From contig JBKHBH010000023.1 of NCBI GenBank assembly GCA_046542505.1, positions 1 to 27,985 on the forward strand: a DNA stretch of 27,985 bases. The letters are read 5' to 3'. A program made the position numbers and the translations under genes. The DNA comes from Thermovirgaceae bacterium. GTDB taxonomy: Bacteria; Synergistota; Synergistia; Synergistales; Thermovirgaceae. The notes under the pieces are model-generated. The model saw nothing but the letters and a program-made list of their open reading frames with translations. It had not been told where the DNA came from and did not search any database. Of this stretch, positions 1 to 9,321 are shown piece after piece (the first letter of the stretch is position 1; every line of letters begins with the position of its first letter).

Positions 1-785
1 TCGGCACCTGCATTTTTCAGATCTCTCGCCCTTCGGGGATCCGCATAGTTCGAAGCGACCACCAGAGGAGAGCCGAAGCCGAAGAGGCTTGCATCGCTGG
101 GGGTTCGAAGCGACGGATCAAGAACAACAACCCTGGGAGCGTGCCCGGACACCTCCCGAATGTTCAGCTTCGGGTCGTCGGCAACCACCGTGCCGACTCC
201 GACGAGAAGCGCATCATGGGAGGCCCTCAGAAGATGAGCCCTGGTCCTGCTCCACCTGTTCGATATCCACTTGCTCCAGCCATCCTCCTGGGCAATGCGC
301 CCGTCCATCGTCATGGCAGCCTTCAGGGTCACCCAGGGGCGGTTCTTTTTCACCCTTGTGACAAACCCCTTGTTGATTTCTTCGGCTTCCGCCCTGCATA
401 TTCCGGTGTCCACTTCCACGCCTGCACCCCTGAGCCTGGCAAACCCTCTTCCCGAAACCCGCGGGTCGGGATCCTGCATGGCCGCCACAACTCTGGATAC
501 TCCGGTTTTTATGATTGCCTCTGTGCATGGCGGCGTCTTTCCGTGATGCGAGCAGGGTTCAAGGTTGACATAAAGCGTTGCACCCCTGGCCTGCTCCCCC
601 GCCATTTCGAGGGCCGCAGCCTCCGCATGGGCAAGTCCGCAGGCCTGATGATATCCCCGGCCCTGTATCCGGCCGTCCCTTATGATGACGCATCCGACCC
701 TGGGATTCGGCGCTGTTTTCCCCGTCCCTCTCAATGCCAGATCAAGGGCAAGGGACATATAGTAAGAATCAAGAGTCTTTTGCAT
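1..785 (-). CDS. ribD: Bifunctional riboflavin biosynthesis deaminase/reductase RibD (5' part; runs off window edge)
   Basis: Not in the ORF track. Manual minus-strand translation from ATG at 785 gives MQKTLDSYYMSLALDLALRGTGKTAPNPRVGCVIIRDG...AHAEAAAL...ATLYVNLEPCSHHGKTPPC. It contains the RibD NPxVG motif and the zinc-deaminase HAE and PCx8C motifs. The start overlaps the end of uvrC by 17 nt. Confidence 0.95.
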   Translation of the reverse strand, partial: MQKTLDSYYMSLALDLALRGTGKTAPNPRVGCVIIRDGRIQGRGYHQACGLAHAEAAALEMAGEQARGATLYVNLEPCSHHGKTPPCTEAIIKTGVSRVVAAMQDPDPRVSGRGFARLRGAGVEVDTGICRAEAEEINKGFVTRVKKNRPWVTLKAAMTMDGRIAQEDGWSKWISNRWSRTRAHLLRASHDALLVGVGTVVADDPKLNIREVSGHAPRVVVLDPSLRTPSDASLFGFGSPLVVASNYADPRRARDLKNAGA

Positions 786-2256
786 TCTCCCCGACATCAA
801 TGGATTCACCTCTCAGATGTTCCAGGATCCGTCTCGCCGTCTTTTTGCTTATCCCCTTCACTCCGGCGAGATCATCTTCCGTGGCTTCCACAAGCCGGGG
901 AATGCTTCCGAAATGCGCCAGAAGCTCTGCTGCACGCACTTTTCCTATCCCCGGGATATCCTCGAGAGAAGACCGGGCGAGCCGTTTCTTCTGTCTGCCT
1001 CGATGTGCAGACAGGGCGAAACGATGGGCTTCGTCACGAATTCTCTGAAGCAGCCTCAGGGCCGGATCAGAGGCCTCGAGCCTCACCGGCGCGTCTTTTC
1101 CGGGACGAAAAAGCAGTTCCTCCCGCTTCGCCAGCGCGGCAAGTTCAAGACTCTCGAGGCCGAGTTCCTTCAGTGCGTCTTCAGCGAAACGCAACTGCTG
1201 CGGACCTCCATCGATCAAAACGAGCTGGGGCAAAGATCCGTCGTCACCCAGCACGTGCCGGTATCTCCGCAGCACTGTTTCCCTTATGGAGCGGAAATCA
1301 TCGGGAGCACCGCCTGATATGATCCTGAAACGCCTGTAAAAGGACGGGTTCGGAAGTCCCTGCTCGAAAACGACGCAGGAACCGTACGTCTCGTTCCCGC
1401 TGTGGTGCGATATGTCAAACCCGTCGATCCTCCAGGGAACCACAGCAAGGTCCAGTGCATACTGAACCCTCAAAAGAGCCTTCCAGGTCGATTCATCCAC
1501 ATCATCCGCGAGGGCCGTCGAAACCCTCTGGCGGGAAAGTTTCCAGATCGCCCGGATGGTATCCCGTATCCTGGCGGCTTCTTCAAAGGCCATATGTGCG
1601 GCCGCTTCTTCCATCCGGTCTCTCAGGCGCGATGTCAGTTCCGCCGATTGGCCTCTCAGCAGGAGTATAACGTCGGCGACGCGTTTTTTGTATTCCGATG
1701 CGTCACAGCATCTAGCACAGGGGCCAAGACAACGACCCAGACTGTATCTCACGCAGGGGCGATCGTTCCATTTTTCCCACGAGCCGGGGTTCGTGCACGT
1801 CCGAAGCGGCATGTACCGTTCAATGAGACGCAACAAGCGCCTGAGCTCTCCAACATGGACGAAGGGGCCTATGTACCTGCCGCCGTCTTTTTCCTTGTGA
1901 CGGGTGACAACCAGGCGTGGAAATGGTTCGTCCGTTATTTTCACATAAGGGTACCGCTCTCCCATTTTCAGTTCCACGTTGTAAAATGGCTGATAGTGCT
2001 TGATCAGTCGGGATTCGACGATAAATGCCTCGGCATCGCTTTCCGTACGTATTACCGAGATATCCTCTATCTCGCTGACGAGCTTCCTCAGGCGGGGTGA
2101 AGCATAGTTTTTGTGACGAAGATAAGACTGTACACGTTTTTTTAAAGACCTTGCCTTTCCTACGTAAATGACTTTTCCACCGGCATCATGCATGAGGTAG
2201 ACGCCGGGGCGTGAAGGCAGGTCACGTATTTTCTGCTGCAGGCTCTCTATTGACAC
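769..2256 (-). CDS. uvrC: Excinuclease ABC subunit C (495 aa, internally shortened)
   Basis: GIY-YIG domain (PGVYLM...YVGKA), Cys-rich motif, UVR coiled coil (MAFEEAARIRD), RNase H-like domain (FDISH, DDF, LIDGG) and C-terminal HhH (IPGIG, VKGIS). GTG start. Confidence 0.96.
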   Translation of the reverse strand: MSIESLQQKIRDLPSRPGVYLMHDAGGKVIYVGKARSLKKRVQSYLRHKNYASPRLRKLVSEIEDISVIRTESDAEAFIVESRLIKHYQPFYNVELKMGERYPYVKITDEPFPRLVVTRHKEKDGGRYIGPFVHVGELRRLLRLIERYMPLRTCTNPGSWEKWNDRPCVRYSLGRCLGPCARCCDASEYKKRVADVILLLRGQSAELTSRLRDRMEEAAAHMAFEEAARIRDTIRAIWKLSRQRVSTALADDVDESTWKALLRVQYALDLAVVPWRIDGFDISHHSGNETYGSCVVFEQGLPNPSFYRRFRIISGGAPDDFRSIRETVLRRYRHVLGDDGSLPQLVLIDGGPQQLRFAEDALKELGLESLELAALAKREELLFRPGKDAPVRLEASDPALRLLQRIRDEAHRFALSAHRGRQKKRLARSSLEDIPGIGKVRAAELLAHFGSIPRLVEATEDDLAGVKGISKKTARRILEHLRGESIDVGENAKDS

Positions 2257-2302
2257 GTCGATTCCATCTTTCCAGGAAGATTCGGCTCATGCCATCGTGA
2301 CA

Positions 2303-2331
2303 AGTGTAGTCTTTCGACGGTTCTTTCGCAA
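2303..2331 (-). promoter_or_regulatory. Putative sigma70 promoter for uvrC-ribD
   Basis: Minus strand reads TTGCGA-N17-TACACT, with the -10 box ending 46 nt upstream of the uvrC GTG. Confidence 0.55.
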
Positions 2332-2459
2332 AAGGGTCTTAACTTTTTCGCGCTTTTCGTCTTCTGCCTCCGTGCCCCTGGTGTTGAGGGAAACACCGGA
2401 ATTGGTATAGGATAGCCAATATCATCGTTTTTTGAACGCACCGCCTGGAGGTGGATCCC

Positions 2460-3884
2460 TTGAGGGAAATCATGCTTTACAACGACCTGACGCGCCGAAA
2501 GGAACCCTTCGAGCCTCTTGAAAAAGGCCGCGTGGGGTTTTACACTTGCGGACCAACCGTCTACGACTATTTCCACATCGGAAACGCCCGGCCTTTTATT
2601 GTATTCGACGCACTACGCCGATTTCTGGAACAGCAGGGATACGAAGTCGTCTATGTCCAGAATTTCACCGATATAGATGACAAGATGATCAACCGCGCCG
2701 CGGAACTCGGGATATCCGTCGGCGAACTCGCCGACCGGTTTATCGAAGCCTACTTCGAGGATGCCGATGCTCTGGGAATACGGCGGCCGACGGTAACACC
2801 AAAGGCAACGGAACACATCCCCGAAATCATATCCCTCGTGGAGAGGATCCTGGAAAAGGGCCATGCCTATGTCGTTGACGGGGATGTCTTTTTTGATGTC
2901 CAGAGCTATCCCTGCTACGGGAAACTGTCAAAGCAGACCCTCGACGATTTGCAGTCCGGCGCAAGGGTGGACGTGAACCCTTCGAAAAAACATCCCCTTG
3001 ATTTCATCCTCTGGAAATCCCAAAAAGCCGGAGAACCCTTCTGGGACAGCCCCTGGGGGAAAGGGCGCCCCGGGTGGCATATCGAATGCAGTGCCATGGC
3101 CATGAAATATCTCGGAGAAACAATCGACATCCATTCTGGCGGAAGCGATCTCGTCTTCCCCCACCATGAGAACGAAATCGCCCAGGCCGAGGCGGCGACT
3201 GGCAGACCTTTCGTCAGGTACTGGATCCATAATGGGTATCTTATGATCAACGAGGAAAAGATGTCCAAGTCCCTTGGGAACTTCCTCACGGCGCGCAACG
3301 CCCGTAAAAAGTTCCCGCCCGTGGCCATCCGCCTCTTTATGTTGAGCGCCCATTATCGCTCTCCCATCAATTTTTCGCCGGAGAATCTCTACCAGGCGCA
3401 AAACGGCGCCCAGCGACTCAGAAATTGCTGGTACGATCTCGCCAATGCTCCAGTGTTGTCGGAAAAGGAAGAGAAAGGGGCGGATGAAAAGATCCGTGTT
3501 TTGGAAGAGACCCGTGCACGCTTTGACGAAAGCCTCTGCGACGATTTCAACACCGCTGCAGCCATCGGGCACCTTTATGAGGCCGTCAGGACTGTCAACC
3601 AGGTCATCTCCGAAACCAGGACGCTCCATGAGAGCTTTCATAAGGCGGCGACGGATTTTTTGAAATACGCCGATGAAACCCTTGGAGTCATCGGCGTCGG
3701 CACCGAGTCTGAAGATGCGGCCGGACCGGATGAAGAGGAAATCGGCGCCCTTGTCAATGAACGCAATTGCGCACGAAAGAACAAGGATTTCGCGCGGGCC
3801 GACGCCATCAGGGACCGGCTGGCCTCCATGGGAATCATCCTGGAGGACACGCCCGAGGGAACCCGCTGGAAACGGTCTCTCTAA
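2460..3884 (+). CDS. cysS: Cysteine--tRNA ligase
   Basis: CGPTVY and HIGN (HIGH), [27 protein letters not shown], and C-terminal anticodon domain (ADAIRDRL). TTG 2460 is preferred over GTG 2451 because GGAGGTG at 2447-2453 is a well-spaced SD. Confidence 0.97.
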   Translation: MREIMLYNDLTRRKEPFEPLEKGRVGFYTCGPTVYDYFHIGNARPFIVFDALRRFLEQQGYEVVYVQNFTDIDDKMINRAAELGISVGELADRFIEAYFEDADALGIRRPTVTPKATEHIPEIISLVERILEKGHAYVVDGDVFFDVQSYPCYGKLSKQTLDDLQSGARVDVNPSKKHPLDFILWKSQKAGEPFWDSPWGKGRPGWHIECSAMAMKYLGETIDIHSGGSDLVFPHHENEIAQAEAATGRPFVRYWIHNGYLMINEEKMSKSLGNFLTARNARKKFPPVAIRLFMLSAHYRSPINFSPENLYQAQNGAQRLRNCWYDLANAPVLSEKEEKGADEKIRVLEETRARFDESLCDDFNTAAAIGHLYEAVRTVNQVISETRTLHESFHKAATDFLKYADETLGVIGVGTESEDAAGPDEEEIGALVNERNCARKNKDFARADAIRDRLASMGIILEDTPEGTRWKRSL

Positions 3885-3933
3885 TTGGTTCACGCGGGTT
3901 TTCAGGGCTGACGGACATGTTATGGAGGAAATG

Positions 3934-4452
3934 ATGAACACATCGGAAGATCGATACCGCAAGGTCTACCCCGTCACGTGGGAGCAGCTCCACCAGGATT
4001 GCAGGGCTCTCGCGTGGAGGCTTCTGGACATCGGGAAGTGGAACCGTATTGTCGCCATAGCCCGAGGCGGCCTTGTCCCGGCTGCAATCGTCGCGAGGGA
4101 ACTGGACATCCGTTTCGTCGACACCGTCTGCGTCTCCAGCTACACCATCAGGACACAGGGCAAAACGAGAATCCTCAAGGATGTAGCCGGCGGAAAGAGG
4201 GATTGGCTGATCGTGGACGACCTGGTGGATACGGGCGGAACGGCCCGCATCGTAAGGGAAATGCTCCCCGAGGCCCATTTCGCCACGGTCTACGCCAAGC
4301 CTGACGGCAGGCCCGAAGTAGACACTTTCATCACCGAGGTCAGTCAGGACACATGGATACTCTTCCCCTGGGATTCACAGCCCCAGTACGAGTACATACA
4401 ACCCATCGCGTCCATAGGGACCGACGACGGTCAGGTTCGTTCTTCCCGTTGA
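3934..4452 (+). CDS. gpt: Xanthine/guanine phosphoribosyltransferase
   Basis: [31 protein letters not shown] loop [11 protein letters not shown], and [17 protein letters not shown] at 3924-3928 favours ATG 3934 (alternative 3931). Confidence 0.9.
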   Translation: MNTSEDRYRKVYPVTWEQLHQDCRALAWRLLDIGKWNRIVAIARGGLVPAAIVARELDIRFVDTVCVSSYTIRTQGKTRILKDVAGGKRDWLIVDDLVDTGGTARIVREMLPEAHFATVYAKPDGRPEVDTFITEVSQDTWILFPWDSQPQYEYIQPIASIGTDDGQVRSSR

Positions 4453-5360
4453 TAGGGAACCCCCAGGGCAGACGGAGCGCCCAGGATGATCCCGTGCTTT
4501 TTTCGCATGGAAATCACGAGGAGAACGAAAATCGTAAAAAGATATGGAAGCATCAGAAGCAGTGGGGCGGGAATGCTCGTGCCCGCCGCCTGTATTCTGA
4601 GCTGAAGTGCTCCGACTCCGCCGAACAGGTATGCCCCAAAGGCCGCCCGCATGGGATGCCAGACGGCAAAGATGACGAGAGCGACGGCGATCCATCCCCG
4701 CCCGGCACTCATCTGATCCCCCCACATCTTCGTGTAGACCACGGAGAGATAGGCACCCCCGATGGCGGCCAGTCCACCGCCTATCAATGTGTAAAAATAC
4801 CTCAGATGGACCGGGTTCAGGCCGACGGATTCGACGACATGCGGGTCTTCGCCTACAGCTCTCAGGTTCAAACCCGCCCTTGTTACATGAAGGAACCAGG
4901 CTATGAAGGCAACGAGGAAATATGACGCGTACACGAGTACGTCCTGATGAAACAGAACCCTGCCTATCAGCGGTATCTCCGAGAGAAAAGGCACCGGAAC
5001 CGCTTTCAACCCCTTGATCGTCTCGCCGATCATTCCCCTTCCCAAAAGCGAACTGACTCCCGTGCCGAACATCGTCAAGGCAAGCCCGCTCACAACCTGG
5101 TTCGCGCCGAGACTGATGCAGAGGAAGGCGTGAACCGTGGTTACAACCACCCCCACAAAAAACGCGACGGCAATTGCAAGGGCGGGGTTTCCCGTCACCG
5201 ATACCGTCCAGAAGCCGGTCAGGGCCCCAATGAGCATGAGTCCTTCAAGGCCGAGGTTCATGACTCCTGATTTCTCCGTCAGGATTTCACCGAGGGTCGC
5301 GTAAAGAATAGGCGTCCCGCTTCGAACGGCAGCCGTAAGAATGGTCACGATGACATCCAT
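4431..5360 (-). CDS. Nucleoside/purine ABC transporter permease (NupC/NupQ-like)
   Basis: Hydrophobic 309 aa with [25 protein letters not shown] and [12 protein letters not shown], typical of BMP-associated permeases. Confidence 0.88.
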   Translation of the reverse strand: MDVIVTILTAAVRSGTPILYATLGEILTEKSGVMNLGLEGLMLIGALTGFWTVSVTGNPALAIAVAFFVGVVVTTVHAFLCISLGANQVVSGLALTMFGTGVSSLLGRGMIGETIKGLKAVPVPFLSEIPLIGRVLFHQDVLVYASYFLVAFIAWFLHVTRAGLNLRAVGEDPHVVESVGLNPVHLRYFYTLIGGGLAAIGGAYLSVVYTKMWGDQMSAGRGWIAVALVIFAVWHPMRAAFGAYLFGGVGALQLRIQAAGTSIPAPLLLMLPYLFTIFVLLVISMRKKHGIILGAPSALGVPYQREERT

Positions 5361-5361
5361 G

Positions 5362-6435
5362 TCAATCCGCCTCCGTACCTATGATGCGAATCCTGTAGAT
5401 CCTGAAAAACTCCGAGGCCAGGACGAAAAAGAGAATAAGGCCCTGTATGACCTGGATACTTGAAAGAGGCAGCCGCATGACTACCTGAAGGGATTCTCCC
5501 CCGACGAAAAGCCCACCCATGAAAAAGGAAACGCCGAAAATGCTCCATGGGTTGAGCCGGGCAAGCCAGGCCACGATAATCGCCGTGTAGCCGTACCCCG
5601 GAGACAGCCCCGGCTGGAGGCGTCCCTGCATACCCGCTATTTCTCCCATTCCCGCTATCGCCGCAAGTGCTCCCGAAACAGCCATGACGAGAACCGCGTT
5701 CCTGAAAAAGGGAATTCCCGCATAATCCGCGGCTTTCGGGTTCTCTCCGATGGCCCTGATCTCAAAACCCCATCGTGTCCATCGCAGCGCAACCCGATAA
5801 AGCAAGACGAGGACAAGGGCTATGAGGATACCCACGTGCACGCGGGTATCGCCCAGCACGGGAAGACGAGCCGCCGGCGGGAAGGGCGTCGTCATGGGAA
5901 ACCCCAGACTCGCCGGATCACGCCAGGGTCCGTAGACGAAATAATCGGTCAGATGGATTGCCACGTAATTTAGCATGAGCGTCGTAATAATCTCATTGAC
6001 GTTCCATCGTGCCCTGAGATACCCGGCAATACCGCCCCACACGGCACCGGCTGCTGCTGCTGCCGCCAGCATGAAGACGAACATGACCGGGAAGCTGTCC
6101 ACAAAGGCGTAGCGCACAACGGCCGCCGCCGCCAGGGCTCCGAGATAGATCTGTCCCTCGGCTCCGATATTCCAGATCTTCATGCGAAAGGAAAGTGCCA
6201 CGGCAATGCCGCATATAGAAAGAGGAACAGACTTCACGACCACTTCGCTAAGTCCATACCAGTCCCCGAAAGCGCCATTGTACATAGCGAAAAAGGCCTT
6301 GACGGGCGAAACACCGAGAGCCAAAAGAAGTACCGCCGAAACCCCGAGGGCCAGCATGATTGAAACAACGGGACAAAGGATCTCAAGGGAAAGGGGAACC
6401 TGATAACGTCGTTCAAGTATCATCCGGTATTTCAT
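5362..6435 (-). CDS. Nucleoside/purine ABC transporter permease (NupB/NupP-like)
   Basis: Hydrophobic 357 aa with WNIGAEGQ, NEIITTLMLNY, GFEIRAIGENPKAA and GYGYTAIIVAWL. Confidence 0.88.
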   Translation of the reverse strand: MKYRMILERRYQVPLSLEILCPVVSIMLALGVSAVLLLALGVSPVKAFFAMYNGAFGDWYGLSEVVVKSVPLSICGIAVALSFRMKIWNIGAEGQIYLGALAAAAVVRYAFVDSFPVMFVFMLAAAAAAGAVWGGIAGYLRARWNVNEIITTLMLNYVAIHLTDYFVYGPWRDPASLGFPMTTPFPPAARLPVLGDTRVHVGILIALVLVLLYRVALRWTRWGFEIRAIGENPKAADYAGIPFFRNAVLVMAVSGALAAIAGMGEIAGMQGRLQPGLSPGYGYTAIIVAWLARLNPWSIFGVSFFMGGLFVGGESLQVVMRLPLSSIQVIQGLILFFVLASEFFRIYRIRIIGTEAD

Positions 6436-6438
6436 CGG

Positions 6439-8022
6439 TCAGTCAACCTCCGGGGCTTCCGCCGGCGTTTTCCCGGATCTATATCTTTCAAGGACGGTGC
6501 CTGCCATCATGAGGCCCAATTCCTCTTCCGTGACAGCATCCACATCATCCACAATGCCCATGATCCTTCCACCATAGATGACGGCGATACTGTCGCTTAC
6601 GGCAAAGACCTCCTCGAGATCGTCGGAGACAAGCAAAATGGCTGCGCCCCTGTCTCTCTGTGCAAGAAGGGTCTCCCTGACATACAGCGTAGCCCCTACA
6701 TCGAGACCCCATGTCGGCTGCATGGCGATAATTGCCCTCGGATTGTCAGACAGTTCCCTTGCGAGCATCAGCTTCTGCATGTTCCCGCCGGAAAGAAGCC
6801 GAACAGGATATCCGAGACCCGGGTTCGCCACCTTGAACCTCTCCACGAGACGTCCCGTGTGCCCCGCAATGTTCTCCCAGTGGATGAACGCGCCGTATCG
6901 TGTGTATTCCTCTTTCCAGTATTTCCGGAGTGCGACGTTTTCCCGTATGTTCATGTTGGGAACAAGCCCTGTGCCCTTCCGGTCAGCCGGGATGTAAGTC
7001 ACCCTGTGTTTCAGGAACGTCTTGGGGTCCTTGCCTGCAAGGTCTTTCCCGTCCACTTTCACCGTCCCCGAATCGGGTTTCCTCAGGCCCGAAAGAGCCT
7101 CGCACAGTTCCTGCTGACCGTTCCCGGAAACACCTGCGAGCCCCAGAATTTCCCTTTTCCGCAAAGTAAGCGAAAAGCCGTTGACTCTTGAGGCTCCCCT
7201 GTCATCTCGAATTGTGAGGTTTTCCACCTCCATAACGGCTTCTCCAGGATTCTGCACCGTCTTGTTGACCTGAAAGGTGACACGCCGCCCGACCATCATC
7301 TCGGCGAGCTTTTCCTTGGTCGCTTCTTTCACAGGCACAGTCCCCACGTTGCACCCCTTGCGAAGTACGGTGACCCGGTCGGATATTTCCATGACCTCGT
7401 CAAGCTTGTGGGAAATGAAGACGATTCCATGGCCTTCGGAGGCCATTCTGCGTATCGTTGAAAAGAGGTGGCGAGCCTCCTGCGGCGTAAGCACCGCAGT
7501 TGGCTCGTCCAGTATCAGGATGTGGGCCTGCCTGTAAAGCATCTTGAGGATGGCCGCCCTTTGCTGTTCGCCGATGGAAAGCTGCCAGACTGGAGCCCGG
7601 GGGTCGACGTTCAGGCTGTAGGTCTGTGACAGCATCCGGATCCTGCCGATGATCTCATCTTTCGGAAGGATCTGCGGCAAATCCCCGTTCCCCAGGGCAA
7701 CGTTTTCCCATACGGTCTGGGACGGAATCAGCATGAAATGCTGATGCACCATTCCGACGCCGGCCCCAATGGCATCGCGGGGACTTCTGAAAACCCGCTC
7801 CCTTCCTTCTATCCTAATCTTTCCCGACTCGGGGGTATACAGGCCACAGAGAACGTTCATCAGGGTGCTTTTGCCGGCACCGTTTTCGCCCAGAAGGGTG
7901 TGTATCTCTCCGCACCGGACGTCGAAATGTATGTTATCATTCGCCTTTATTCCAAAAAAGGACTTGACGATCCCTTCCATGGACACCATGGGGGCCGCCT
8001 TCGGTGGGCCTGAAACCGCCAC
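6439..8022 (-). CDS. ABC transporter ATP-binding protein with two ABC domains (NupA/NupO-like, CUT2 family)
   Basis: Walker A GENGAGKST, Walker B LILDEPT, H-loop SHKL; degenerate second domain (GVSGNGQ, LSGGNMQK, QPTWGLD). GTG start with SD GGAGTGA. Confidence 0.92.
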   Translation of the reverse strand: MAVSGPPKAAPMVSMEGIVKSFFGIKANDNIHFDVRCGEIHTLLGENGAGKSTLMNVLCGLYTPESGKIRIEGRERVFRSPRDAIGAGVGMVHQHFMLIPSQTVWENVALGNGDLPQILPKDEIIGRIRMLSQTYSLNVDPRAPVWQLSIGEQQRAAILKMLYRQAHILILDEPTAVLTPQEARHLFSTIRRMASEGHGIVFISHKLDEVMEISDRVTVLRKGCNVGTVPVKEATKEKLAEMMVGRRVTFQVNKTVQNPGEAVMEVENLTIRDDRGASRVNGFSLTLRKREILGLAGVSGNGQQELCEALSGLRKPDSGTVKVDGKDLAGKDPKTFLKHRVTYIPADRKGTGLVPNMNIRENVALRKYWKEEYTRYGAFIHWENIAGHTGRLVERFKVANPGLGYPVRLLSGGNMQKLMLARELSDNPRAIIAMQPTWGLDVGATLYVRETLLAQRDRGAAILLVSDDLEEVFAVSDSIAVIYGGRIMGIVDDVDAVTEEELGLMMAGTVLERYRSGKTPAEAPEVD

Positions 8023-8081
8023 AGGACATCACTCCATTCGCCCCGCAGAAGGGAGCACTTTTCGTGCTGAAAAACGAAGTA

Positions 8082-8111
8082 ATTGTACACCAGGGAGATG
8101 CCCTCTTTCAA
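8082..8111 (-). promoter_or_regulatory. Putative internal sigma70 promoter for ATPase and permeases
   Basis: Minus strand reads TTGAAA-N18-TACAAT, directly following the terminator after the BMP gene. Confidence 0.5.
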
Positions 8112-8149
8112 AGAAAAAGGGGCGCCCGGAAGCGCCCCCCTTCTTTTTT
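8111..8149 (-). terminator. Intrinsic terminator downstream of BMP gene (probably bidirectional)
   Basis: GGGGCGC-N6-GCGCCCC stem flanked by A-rich and T-rich tracts, giving a U-rich tail on either strand. Confidence 0.8.
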
Positions 8150-8158
8150 AAGGTGTTT

Positions 8159-9241
8159 TTACTCCGGGATTTCTCCCTCTACACCTTCCACGAACCAGTT
8201 CATTCCGAGCATGTCACCGTCACTCATACATTCACCTTCAGCAACGACAACCTCGCCTTCCTGGTTCTTTACGGGACCTGTGAAAACGTCCCATTCACCG
8301 GAGACGATCCGTTCACTTTCGTTTTCGACAAGCGCCTTGGTCTCTTCGGTGACATCGTCACCGTAGGGCGCAAGACCGACAAGGCCTTCGGCGAGGCCCC
8401 ACCAGATATCCCTCGATTCCCAGGTCCCTTCGATCACTTCCCGGGCCGCTTCCTTGTATATCATGCCCCAGTCCCAAACCGGAGCCGTGAGGTGTTTCGT
8501 CGGTGCGTACCGGCTCATGTCGTTGTTATATCCTACCACATAGACACCTTCCTCCTCGGCCGTCTGCGGTGCGGCACCCGAGTCGGCATGCATGGCGATC
8601 ACATCAGCCCCTGCATCAATAAGTGCGAGAGTGGCTTCCTTCTCCTTGCCCGGATCAAACCAGGAGAATATCCAGACCACCTTCACACGGGCGTCCGGAT
8701 TGACTTTACGTACGCCAAGGGTGAAGGCGTTTATGCCGCGGACAACCTCCGGGATGGGGTTCGCGGCGACATACCCGATGACATCCGATTCTGTCGCATT
8801 TCCCGCGACGATCCCCGAGAGATAACGGGCCTGGTACATGCGCCCGAAATAGGTCCCCACGTTCTCCCCACGCTTGTATCCGGAACAGTGCATGAAGGTG
8901 ACGTCGGGATGCTTTTTCGCCACGTCGATGACGAAATCCATATATCCAAAGGATGTGGCGAAAACAAGTTGCGCGCCGTTACGGATAAAAGTCTCCATGA
9001 CTCTCACGGAATCGGGGCCTTCGGGTACGGACTCGACAAACATGCTCTCCATTCCTGGAAAGGTTTCTTCCATTTCGAGCCTTCCCTTTTCGTGCATGTA
9101 GGTCCACCCACCGTCACCGATGGGGCCAACGTACACGAAACCAGCCTTCAGTTCGTCTTCCGGAATTCCTTCCGCCGCCATGGCGGGAGCCGCAAAGGAC
9201 ACAAGGCATGCGGCCAGGAGCAACACAAGCACCTTTTTCAT
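8159..9241 (-). CDS. BMP/PnrA-family ABC substrate-binding protein (purine/nucleoside)
   Basis: N-terminal signal peptide; GFVYVGPIGDGGWTYMHEKGR, ATSFGY, INAFTLG, SWFDPGKE and MNWFVEGV. Confidence 0.92.
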   Translation of the reverse strand: MKKVLVLLLAACLVSFAAPAMAAEGIPEDELKAGFVYVGPIGDGGWTYMHEKGRLEMEETFPGMESMFVESVPEGPDSVRVMETFIRNGAQLVFATSFGYMDFVIDVAKKHPDVTFMHCSGYKRGENVGTYFGRMYQARYLSGIVAGNATESDVIGYVAANPIPEVVRGINAFTLGVRKVNPDARVKVVWIFSWFDPGKEKEATLALIDAGADVIAMHADSGAAPQTAEEEGVYVVGYNNDMSRYAPTKHLTAPVWDWGMIYKEAAREVIEGTWESRDIWWGLAEGLVGLAPYGDDVTEETKALVENESERIVSGEWDVFTGPVKNQEGEVVVAEGECMSDGDMLGMNWFVEGVEGEIPE

Positions 9242-9321
9242 GGTTTTATCCCCTTCCTGAATTTGGATTTCTTTGTACCGGAGCCGCCTTGACCCCCGAG
9301 ACCCCGGTGTCCTGAAACCTG

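Noticed and set aside
141..1322. 393-aa plus-strand ORF
   Set aside because: Antisense to ribD and uvrC, both of which have clear family motifs.
2257..2459. T-box leader for cysS or LexA box for uvrC
   Set aside because: No T-box consensus or terminator is visible in the 200-nt divergent region, and no GAAC-N4-GTTC or CTGT-N8-ACAG site was seen.
7769..9292. 507-aa plus-strand ORF
   Set aside because: Antisense shadow of the BMP and ATPase genes; crosses a terminator and has no recognisable motifs.
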